DNA of 64,000 bases, from positions 99,510,001 to 99,574,000 of the forward strand of contig OX597816.1 in assembly GCA_951406725.2 (NCBI GenBank). Direction: 5' to 3'. This stretch comes from Octopus vulgaris. Taxonomy: Eukaryota. The notes beneath the pieces are model-generated. The model saw nothing but the letters and a program-made list of their open reading frames with translations. It had not been told where the DNA came from and made no database searches. Below are positions 1 to 11,379 of the stretch, in pieces. Positions within the stretch are counted from its first letter, which is position 1. Each line of letters begins with the position of its first letter. The position numbers were made by a program, and so were the translations under genes.

Positions 1-8
1 TATATATA

Positions 9-638
9 CTGGGTACGATGCGTAAACTGTCGCCATTTTATATTTTTAATTTCCCACATGCGCATTACTTGTTTTTGATTTTGTCTACTACACAGTATAG
101 TAGGGTCAGCTGGGCACCATCTGTGAGAAAAACAACACCATGATGCAATTCACTCTGCCAGAAATCTGGAAACAACACACTGTTCTGATTGGCATCTGCA
201 CCAGAAGCTCCAATACAAACATTTCAGAGAGTTTGGGTGTCAATCTGAAGACATGTACCGAGAGTGATAAAAATCAAACATCCAGTCAACAACATGGTAT
301 TTGGAGAGATCACTAGTGATGGTGACGTTATGCTCTATTCATCTTCCCACACAGCCTCAGACTCAACATGGAACTCTACATTAAGTGCCTGGAGGAGGTA
401 GTGCTGCCCTGGGTCAAGAGGGTGGCTGCTGGAAGACCCTATATCTGGCTACAGGACTCAGCACTATGCCATACAAGCAGGAGAACCCAGACATGGCTGT
501 CAGACAATTTCTGTGACCACATCACCCCTAACATCTGACCACCTAACTCATCACACTGCAATCCCCTTGATTATTATGTGTGGGATGCAGTTGAGTGAGA
601 CCATCAAAACTCCTTTTAACACCAAAGATGAACTAAAG
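9..638 (+). mobile_element. Decayed, internally deleted maT (DD37D) Tc1/mariner transposon
   Basis: Translates to QDSALCH...(W)PPNSSHCNPLDYYVW, with exactly 37 residues between the second and third Asp. Contains stops and frameshifts. Left end matches the reverse complement of 1260-1405. Confidence 0.8.
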
Positions 639-639
639 A

Positions 640-1405
640 GTAAATTTGTTCAATAAAATTGACATTGGCTTCAACCACAGCCTCCAGACGACTTCAGAAT
701 CTCCAGCAACTATTCTGGACACTCTCCTTGTTTAAGTTGGTGAATGCTGCCATAATCCTTGCCTTCAGTTCATTTTTGGTGTTAAAAGGAGTTTTGTTGG
801 TCTCTCACTTATCTGTGCCCCATGCATAATATTCAAGAGAGTTGCAGTGTTGCTGCATTAGATGGCCAGTTGTTAGGGGTGATGTGGTCGCAGAAATTGT
901 CTGACAGCCATGACTGGGTTCTCCTGCTTGTGTGGCATGGTGCAGAGTCCTGTTGCCAGGCATAGGGTTTTCCAGCAGCCATCCTCTTGACCCAGGTCAG
1001 CATTACCTCATCCAGGCACTTGATGCAGGCTTTTATGTTAAGTCTGAGGCTGAGTGGGAAGATGAATAGAGGCATAAAGTTGCCATCACTAGTGATCATG
1101 CCAAACACCATGATGCTGACTGGATGTTTGATTTTTATCACTCTCAGTACATGTTTTGGGGACATGCAAGCCAATGGTAGTTCTGTGTGTTCACCATCTG
1201 TTCATATTGGAGCTACCGGCATGATTGCCAAGCAGTACAGCATATCATTTCCAAATTTCTGGCAGAGTGAATTGAATCATGATGTTGTTTTTCTCACAGA
1301 CAGTACTCAACTGACCCAACTATATTGTGTAGTCAATAAAATCAAAAACAATGCGCATGTGTGAAATAAAATTTATAAAATGGCGACAATTTATCCATCA
1401 GACCA
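640..1405 (-). mobile_element. Second decayed maT (DD37D) copy, inverted relative to 9-638
   Basis: ORF 833..1174 has WQQDSAPCHTSRRTQSWL...WP. The C-terminus RLEAVVEANVNFIE lies at about 650-690. Shares its terminal sequence with the first copy. Confidence 0.8.
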
Positions 1406-1411
1406 TGTGTG

Positions 1412-1459
<48 letters not shown>

Positions 1460-1513
1460 TGTATGTATATATATATATGTATGTATATATATATATGTAT
1501 GTATGTATGTATG

Positions 1514-1544
<31 letters not shown>

Positions 1545-1651
1545 GTATATATATGTATGTATGTATGTATGTATATATATGTATGTATGTATGTATGTAT
1601 ATATATATATGTATGTATGTATATATATATATATGTATGTATGTATGTATG

Positions 1652-1684
<33 letters not shown>

Positions 1685-2189
1685 GTAAATATATATGTAT
1701 ATATATATATGTATGTATGTATATATATGTAAGTATGTATATATATATATATGTATGTATGTTTGTATATATATGTATGTATGTATATATATGTACGTAT
1801 GTATATATATATATATGTATGTATGTTTGTATATATATGTATGTATGTATGTATGTATATATATGTATGTATGTATGTTTGTATATATATGTATGTATGT
1901 ATGTATGTTTGTATATATATGTATGTATGTATGTATGTTTGTATATATATGTATGTATGTATGTATGTTTGTATATATATGTATGTATGTATGTATGTTT
2001 GTATAGATAGATATGTATGTATGTATGTTTGTATAGATAGATATGTATGTATGTATGTTTGTATAGATAGATATGTATGTATGTATGTATGTATAGATAG
2101 ATATGTATGTATGTATGTATGTATGTATATATATATATATGTATGTTTGTATATATATGTATGTTTGTATATATATATATGTTTGTATA

Positions 2190-2220
<31 letters not shown>

Positions 2221-2221
2221 T

Positions 2222-2252
<31 letters not shown>

Positions 2253-2293
2253 GTATATATACGTATATATATGTATATATACGTATATATATG

Positions 2294-2375
<82 letters not shown>

Positions 2376-2501
2376 GTATATATATGTATATATACGTATA
2401 TATATGTATATATAATATAATATATATATGTATATATATATATATATGTATATATACGTATATATATGTATATATAATATATATATATATATGTATATAT
2501 A

Positions 2502-2544
<43 letters not shown>

Positions 2545-2585
2545 GATTATATTTAAAATATATGTAATAATACATATATAAAATT

Positions 2586-2625
<40 letters not shown>

Positions 2626-2681
2626 ATGTGTGTATGTATGTACACATACACACACACTCACACACACACACACACACACAT
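1406..2681. repeat. Compound (TA)n/(TATG)n/(CA)n microsatellite, about 1.3 kb
   Basis: Directly visible; it produces the spurious YI/MYVC ORFs. Confidence 0.97.
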
Positions 2682-3529
2682 AACTTTAATTTCTAACTGT
2701 GGAGCATTGCACCTGTGGTATTTATACCAACGTGGGTTGGTACACTTGAATGCCAAGTATAAAATATATATTTCTCAAGTTTAAATTATTTAAGCTAGCA
2801 CTGAGTGCTTTGCTTGGGATATCAGTATTCACTTCTCATAACATACAAACTATGCTAAATTTATGTATTTTATTGAATAAATTTTAGCAACACAGCTTAC
2901 TGCTAGTTATCTCAAAATATCTCTGTAGTTTTGTAATCTAAATATATTAATACATATATTTTACATATAATCAAAAAGTCATTAAAACGTTAATTAAAAA
3001 ATTACTTAAAATATATATCTAGAGTATCATATTTATTTTTGCTGAGGAAGCTTGGAAGTGTCTTCAAAGATATGCCAATTCTCAGTTTGTTCAAAATATC
3101 TGTATAACTCAGTCTAAAAAGAAAGTGGCTAGTGACCATGTAGCCATTTAAAACCATTTCTATAGATATAGAGAGTAGGTTAATTGGTGCTCTATCATTG
3201 CAAATATCCATATTTTAATCAATTCATGTTGTCTGTTAATTATCATTCCTTATTATTCAATAATTCTGCTTAATAAAAAGAAACAATAACAAGTTTGTCT
3301 TTCATGTTACATGTTAATGCTACATGAGAAATTTACAGAGTGGAAGGAGTGGTTAATTTTGTTGCATCTGTTGTTGTTTAGCTCTGTGTCATTTTCATTG
3401 AGCAGACTCTGATCAAGGACACTTCAGCCATGGCCATTCCCAGGTTTTAAGAATTTAGGAGACTACATTAACCAATATGTGCTTCCTTTGTTGAGATTAA
3501 CAATACATGTGTTCACAATGTATATGTAT

Positions 3530-3578
<49 letters not shown>

Positions 3579-4257
3579 TATATATGATGATGATAATACA
3601 TATATATATATATATATATATATAATACATTAAACGTGAGCTTGAATCTTGCTTTCTTGCTTGCTGGCAATGTTACCCAGTCAAACTGGCGCATAATGGA
3701 AAAATACTATGAATTAAATTGCCCCTGAAACATGAATGTGAACAGAATAAAACAAGTTTCGCGTAAATCAAACAAGTGGTTGTTAAGATATTAGGGGTTT
3801 TCTGGTATAAATACTCAAAACAGTGCATAATAGGAAAATATTCCAAAAATAAACTTAGCCCTGAAACGGAAGAAACTCTTTATCTTTCAATTGGATACAG
3901 TGATTTGACAGCAAAAAAAATACAATTTGTTTCTATTTTCACTTTTGTTAAATACAATATTTTAATCATTTTGAAATATCTTTAAGTGAATGTGATTTCA
4001 AAAATGTAAGTTGTTTGTACAGTAAGTATTTATATTTTAGCTTTCTTTAAACAGACAATATTTTAATGTTTTCTTGAATTATTTTCAAGTAAATACCATT
4101 ACAAAAATTTGTTTTTGGCATATTTTAAAGATATTTTTAAATGAAAATGACTTTAAAAGTATAGTAAATATTTCATAAAAGACCCATTCATAACCTCGGT
4201 GTGAAATAACTTTTTTCTATAGATTTTTTTGGAGTGCATTCAATTTATCTCACCTCC

Positions 4258-4376
4258 AAAGATTTCGCTGCTAATTCTAGCACGCCCTGCTACCACGTAA
4301 CAGCTATTTGCAATAAAGGACTTGAAATACCTGTTACGTGGTAGCAAGGCATGCAAGAAATAGCAGCCAAATCTTT
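4258..4376. repeat. 52-bp inverted repeat with 15-nt loop
   Basis: 4258-4309 matches the reverse complement of 4325-4376 at 46/52 positions. Confidence 0.9.
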
Positions 4377-4528
4377 CCTTTTCTGGGGAAAGTAACCGTT
4401 TATGCATGGTTTGGATGTCACATTTGTTGAAATCATACGAAAATAACATGGAAAAGAAAACCTCATGAAACAAAACTCCGTTGCTGGGAAACTCAGACGT
4501 TCCCAGTGACCCAACAGGTCACAAATAG

Positions 4529-4569
<41 letters not shown>

Positions 4570-4570
<1 letters not shown>

Positions 4571-5438
4571 TTACTGGATGTACAATGTCATTGTGCATGA
4601 GTGACAGTGTAAGTGTCTTGAGAGAAAAACTAGGTATAAGAGGCATCAGATGCAGTATGCAAGAGAGGCAAATGCGTTGATATGGTCATTTGATGTGTAT
4701 GGACAAGAACAGCTGTGTAAAGAAGTGTAAAGATGTGTAAAGCAGTGCTGATCTCTAACTGTGGAGGGAACCTATGGAAGACATGGGATGAGTTGGTGAA
4801 GTATTATCTTTGAATGTTGAGTCTCACAGTGGTGATGACTAGTGACAGAGACCTTTGGTGATATGCTGTGTTTGAGAAAACTTGTCAAGCCAAGGGAAAT
4901 CATAGTCTTGGCTGATGCTGGTGTCATATAAATGGCACCCATGAAATTGTAATTGTGACCATTGTCGGTAGCATGATCTTCGAAATGATCTTTGAATGTT
5001 GGGCCTCACAGAAGTGAGGGACAAGGTGGTGCAGCACGATCTTCAAATGTTGAACCTCATAAAGGTGATGACAAGTGACTGAGACCATGGTGACAAGTGA
5101 CAGACTATAGGTGATATGCTGCACTTGAGAAGATTTGTCAAGCCAAGTGATACCATAGTCATGTGACAATTGCCAGTCTCATGTAAATGGTACCCATGAA
5201 ACCATAGTCATGTCTATTACCCGTGTGTCATGTAAATGGCACTGATACTGGTCACACATAGGAAGCATCTATTACATTCTTGGAGTGGTTGGCATTAAGA
5301 AAGGCATCCAGCAGCAGCAGAAACCATGCCAAATTAAACTGGAACTTGGTGCAGCTCTCCAGCTTACCAGTTCCTGATAAACCATCTAACCCATGCCAGC
5401 ATGGAAAGTGGACATTAAATGATGATGATGATGATGAT
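4570..5438 (+). mobile_element. 5'-truncated, decayed copy of the RTE LINE family (ORF end, 3' UTR, (GAT)n tail) with internal duplications
   Basis: Homologous to the QERRLRWYGH...WDEVVKHDL region and to the ggagtggttggcattaagaaaggcatccag...aaatgatgatgat 3' end of the intact element. Confidence 0.85.
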
Positions 5439-6284
5439 ATATTTGTGCATGTGTGTGTGTGGGGGGGGGTGCAGGAGCACATTCTGTGAGTGTAACAATA
5501 TATGTGTCAGAATGAAATGAGAGGTTTAAAGATAAAACAGTTAAAAACTGATCTAAATTATTCTGAGGAAACAGATTGAAGAGAAAAGAGATTTGAGCAG
5601 AACATTGTGCAGAGAACATTGAGCATAGCAGTGTGAACAATGATAAATTGATGGTTGACAATAGATAAAGGACTGAAAGGAATTATAATAGGAGAAAAAT
5701 AAGGGATGAAATTATAGAGAGAATTTTAACAGATTCATCAATTCTTTTTGTGTTTCCTTTTTGTCTGTTTCATAAGATTAACAAAAAACATCAAGGAATG
5801 ATTTGCTGCATGACAACACTAAGAGGTATCTGTATTTACAAATTCATCTAGAAGAGACGAACATCATAAAGCTGTGAGCAGTATAACAGTACCAACTGAA
5901 ACAACAGTAACAACAATCACTACAACAATCCTTACAATACAGTATGAGGAAAGATATAACAACTGCTGCTGCTGCAGTTACAAGAATTGTAACATCAACT
6001 GAAAAGGCTACAACAAAAATAAAACAACCACATCTTCATCATCATTCTTCTCAACAGCAGCAACTGCATTCTACATCCAAACACATGGTAAAATACCAAA
6101 CCCTGCAGTTACAAAAAAAGTGGCCACAAAACAGCAATCGCTACAAACATGAGCTAATGAAAATTATCATTGCATTATACACTGGGCAGCTGGAAATAGT
6201 TGTCAAATCTCCCTTAAATAATGCCCTGCTTTCTTAAAAGTAAATGAACTCAAAGAATTACATAATTCATCCTCTGTTGTTTAA

Positions 6285-6680
6285 TTCTTTTATTCTTTTA
6301 CTTTTTTCAGTCATTAGACTGCAGCCACCTTGAAGAATTTTAATCAGAATGGATTGGCCCCCAGTACTCATTTTTTAAAACCTGGTACTTATTCTATCAG
6401 TCTCTTATGCCAAGCCACAAAGTTACAAGGATATAAATGCACCAACACTGGTAGTCAACTGGTGGTGGGGGACAAACAAGGACTCACACACAAATATACA
6501 CATATATATTGACATATGTGAGGTTTCTTTCAGTTTCCATCTACCAAATCCACTCACAAGGCTTTGGTCAGCCCAAGCCTATGGTAGAAGACGCTTGTCC
6601 AAGGTAGCATGAAGTGGCACCGAACCTGGAACCATGTGGCTGGGAAGCAAACTTCTTAGCACCCAGCTACACCTATGCCA
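6285..6680 (-). mobile_element. tRNA-derived CORE-like SINE, older copy
   Basis: Reverse-complement homologue of 19079-19492. Confidence 0.8.
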
Positions 6681-6789
6681 AGATAAAAGACTGGATAGTT
6701 GTAATTAGAAAGCATTTGATCAGATCTGTTTTATCAGAACTGATGTGGAGCTAAACAACAATATCAACAACAACAGATTCAACAAAAAC

Positions 6790-7075
6790 AATGCTGGTGG
6801 CATGTAAATGACACCTGTGCCAGTGACACATAAAAGGCACCTGCGTTGGTGGCACATAAAAGGCACCCACTATACCTTTGGAGTGGTTGGCACTAGGAAG
6901 GGCATCCAGTTATAGAAACCATGCCAAAATGAGACTGCAGCCTGGTGCAGCTTTCCAGCTTGCCAGGTCCAGTCAAACCATCTAACCCATGCCAACGTAG
7001 AAAATAGATGCTAAATGATAATGATGATGATGAGGAGGAGGATGACGATGATGACGACGATGATGATGATAATGA
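6790..7075 (+). mobile_element. RTE 3' UTR fragment with (GAT)n tail
   Basis: Has ggtggcacataaaaggcacc sub-repeats, ggagtggttggcactaggaagggcatccag and a gat tail. Confidence 0.8.
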
Positions 7076-7109
7076 TCACTGCCATTACAAGAGCCTCTAA
7101 GTAAATATT

Positions 7110-7290
7110 TCACCCATAAGAAATGGAAGCCAAATCGCACTCAAATCAAATCCTGTCCTACCATCTTAAAAAAAAGAAAAGACACATTACTCAATGTAAT
7201 CAGTGCTAGATATGGTCACAGCTGGAATGCTTTCAGGTTCAGGTCTGCTCAATCCAAACAGACCTTGGGTTAAACAACTGCAAAAACAGC
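7110..7290 (+). repeat. Copy of an abundant short interspersed repeat (agaaatagcagccaaatct...gctaaacaacaac family)
   Basis: Related segments occur near 3370-3510(-), 25210-25350, 26360-26560(-), 36140-36320, 48060-48295 and 63730-63850(-). Class uncertain. Confidence 0.5.
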
Positions 7291-7953
7291 TATTACAGCA
7301 ACAACTAAAATTAAAAAAATAACAACAACCATTACTACAACAGTTACTACAAAATCAACCAAACATGATAATATTGATAATAACTATAAGAACGAAAAAA
7401 ACTCCTGCTTTGACTATTTATTTCCCTAGCACAAATAAAAGTAAAGACAAAATAAATTACATAAATATGGTACTTTACTTCAGCCCTATTGTTGATGAAC
7501 AAATATGTGTCTAATGTGAGAGTTTGAAGTGGAAACACAATAGGATGTGGTGAGTGGTCCAACCATTGATAGATGTAATAAATAAGTACCCCCTCACACA
7601 CACAAGCTTGCGCGTGTGCGCACGCCTCTACACAAGACTGAAATAATATCAATAATTGACCCAGTTATTGATAGAAACAATTTAATTCTTTGATTTTTAT
7701 TTATTGAGGAGTATTTTAATTTTTTGATGTTTTGTTGTTTTTTCCAATAATAAGTATATATGTGTGTCTTTGTGTGTGTATGCGCATGTGTGTGTATGTG
7801 CATGTGTGTATGTATATACATGTGCATATACAAGCAGACATGTACATACAGGCATACAGACACATGCATTCATAACTATAGTTATCTACATGATATAGAT
7901 ACACACACATATATATAAACAGGCACACATATCTATATGTATATATATGCATC

Positions 7954-7995
<42 letters not shown>

Positions 7996-8052
7996 TATAC
8001 ATACATATATATGCACACGCATACACACACACGCACACATACACACACACAC

Positions 8053-8089
<37 letters not shown>

Positions 8090-11000
8090 GTAGATAACTG
8101 TATAGATATTTGAAAGCATTTTAGTTATGGAGATTGCAATCATGTGAGGATATCCGCTTGTTCTCTTATGTATACAGAAAGATAATTGGGTATTTTCTTA
8201 CAGTTTTGTTTGGGGATAATTGTTCTTCTTCAAATAATTCCTAGTACTATATTTTGGTTACCCAGAAAACTTTTGAATCTAAATCGCACCCTGTAGCAAT
8301 ATGTAATCAGGATACAAAATTAACAGCTAACATGATTTCCCCCTATTTTAGTCAGCCATGTAATAAATTAAATAATTCATATTTATACAGAATTCATATT
8401 TATACAGAACACGGAATAATTCAGTATACCTGTACATAACTCTACAGTCATTTATTTGAGAGTATTTTAGCCATAGAGATTGATATTATATAAACACATC
8501 TTATGGTTCTCTTAGGTAAAATGAATGACTTGGGAGTTTTCTGACAGATCGGTTTCAAGATTGTCTATATATAACATTACTAATCATACATATACTGTAT
8601 GCATGTAAAATTGCGACTAACAATGTAGTGATTCATCAACTGTTTTTTCCAACAAATATAAATGCTTTACCATGCTTTTAGTGCTTTTTTCTTTCATTTG
8701 TAAACATAAAGGCTATTAGAAACCATAACTTGAAGGGTTCCTGGCAGCAACTCAAGTTTCGTGCTTAGGCAAAATTATGTTTTGGATAAAGTGAAGCCTA
8801 ATTGACTTTTTCAGTCATTGGGCTATGTCAAGTAATATTGCAGAATATGGCTGGCAGTAATTTATAAAACATAAATTTTATCCCAAACAAAATAATATAG
8901 ATTTGTCTTTACATGCAAGTGAAGATACAGAATATAAACACATACACATGCAAGTATAAACACTCACACATACAAACACACATTTGTATATCTTTATCAT
9001 CATTTAATGTCCATTTTTACATGTTTACATGGGTCAGACATTATTTGTTAAGGAACATTTTCTGTGACCCTTCTTGTCACCATTATCTGTTGCCAAGTAA
9101 GGAAATATTTCCCCATGACCAGTCATATTTTTCACAGAAATCTGGAAATGAATAACATGGCTTGTACCACAGAGATGCTAGTTTAAAACTATGACATAAT
9201 GTCAAGATAAGGATGCACACAAAAATACATACATATATGTATCTTTGATACCCACATACATGCATATATGTGTGTGTGAATGTATGATGGGTTTCTTTCA
9301 GTTTCTGTCTACTAAATCCAGTCATAAAGTTTTGCTCAGCCTCAGCCTATTGTATAAAACTCTTATCCAAAGAGACTGTGAGACCACATACTTGAGAAGT
9401 AAGCTTCTTACCCACACAGCCACGTCTATGTCTCTTCATGCTTTCATGTTTGGTCCCTAGCCACACCTGCATCTCTCTCTCTCTCTCTCTCTCTCTTTAT
9501 ATCATTATATATATGTGTATTTATATATATATATATATATGTGTGTGTATGCATATGTGTGGGGGCTGTTATATGTATTGGGTAACAGTCTAGAGAAGCA
9601 TAGAAGGCAATAGTTTCTCATATAAGAAGTGGTCAGTTAAAATGTTCAGCAATTGCCGACAGAAGCAGTTTCTTTGGAATAACTTTCAGATGCTTGAAAG
9701 TTTCGTGTTCACCAAGAGATATTTATATCCACTTGATTTAACAAATATCACATAGCAGTTATCCTTGTTGATAAAAGGCTTCTATTATTTAGTCTCTTTT
9801 AACACCATAATAGTCCAATTATCTTTGGCCTGCAACAAATTTCAGCATGAGTCACTCCCTGACAAATAAGAATTCATCTACCTACTGCACTGCAGATTTA
9901 ACTTTAATCATCAAATATTGTCTGACAAATCATATACACACTTTTATGTGTGAGTAATTTTGAAAAACAATGTTGTGAATCATGTGTGTGTTTGTAAATG
10001 TTTATTGGGAAACAAGTGAGATGAAGTTCACCCCATGGCCATGTGGTTTCAGGTTCTACTCCCACAGTGTAGAGCTTTGGTCAAGCATCTTCTACTTCCA
10101 GTTTAGCCTTAGTCTAGGCCTATACCTTCAGAATGATATAGATGAGTATAAACTGTACAAAAATCTACTGTGTATGTGTATGTGTGTGTATTTGTGAGTG
10201 AGAGTGTGTGTGTGTGCACAAATGTTTCGGAATGCCTTTGTATAACACTACATAAATGATAGTGATGTGTTCACATCTGCTGTATAAACAGTATTCCCAG
10301 TTGCTCAGCAGTTTCAACTTGTGAAGAACAGTAGAATAAAGAAAATTCTCTTTAATAGGCAGGAAAAGAATAGTAAGAGAAAGGCCATCCAGCTATAAAA
10401 TACTAGCTTCATAAGTTTTTTCACCATGGAAAACAAACATAATAATAATGATGGTGATAATGATATGTATACTTGCATACACACACACACATGTAAAATT
10501 TATACATATTAACTTACTAGCTTAAAAGCTCCCCTATCGATGGCTTTTAAGCTAGCTCCTGTAGAAGGCTCCTCATTGGGCCTTGAGCCCAACAATGACA
10601 CTTCATGCATTGAATACATATTAAACTTTATTAAACTTGACCAATATTTTTCAAGCAATGAACAATTTTCATCAAAACAATGATATAATTTGTCGACTTG
10701 GAACTTTTACTATCACCATTGTCCCTGACTGTTTCAGCTACCAACACCACCACCGTCGCCTCCGCCTCTATTACAACTACAGCTCATACTACTACTATCA
10801 CCCCATTATCATCACAACCGTCAATCTACTACTGTCTCTATGCCTACTATTACTCTCACCCCAACATGAACCATAGTAGGAGTGTCAATGAATAGTGAGA
10901 AAAGGGTCAAAGTATGATACACTGACACACAGAAGTTAGTTTTCACATTTATTATATTAGATATTTGGATATTTGATCTATATTTGCATGTATTTATTGT

Positions 11001-11379
11001 AATATAGTAGTTAAAGATGACTGCTCTCAACTCTAAGTTTCATACTGACAAAGTCAATCGCCAAAGGGATTGTCAGAGAATAATTTTAGACAAGTAATGG
11101 TTATTTAACAACAATGGGCGATAATAGTTTCACATTGTATAAGTCTCATTAGTGTATTGCACAATTAAATGTCAGTAAAAGAAAATGTTGAAAGCAAGGA
11201 GCATGTTCATATCATCATCATCATCATCATTTAACGTCCGCTTTCCATGCTAGCATGGGTTGGACGGTTCAACTGGGGTCTGGGGAGCCCGAAGGCTGCA
11301 CCAGGCCAGTCAGATCTGGCAGTGTTTCTACAGCTGGATGCCCTTCCTAACGCCAACCACTCCGAGAGTGTAGTGGGTG

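Noticed and set aside
1342-2677. Long ORFs (up to 428 aa) of YI/HT/MYVC repeats
   Set aside because: Translations of TA/TATG microsatellite; the same applies to similar ORFs throughout the window.
10637-10895. Thr/Tyr/His-rich ORFs after a ttcag acceptor
   Set aside because: Degenerate trinucleotide repeat; no convincing donor or domain.
11170-11210. TSD for the full-length RTE (weak similarity to about 17300-17340)
   Set aside because: Too divergent and gapped for such a young insertion.
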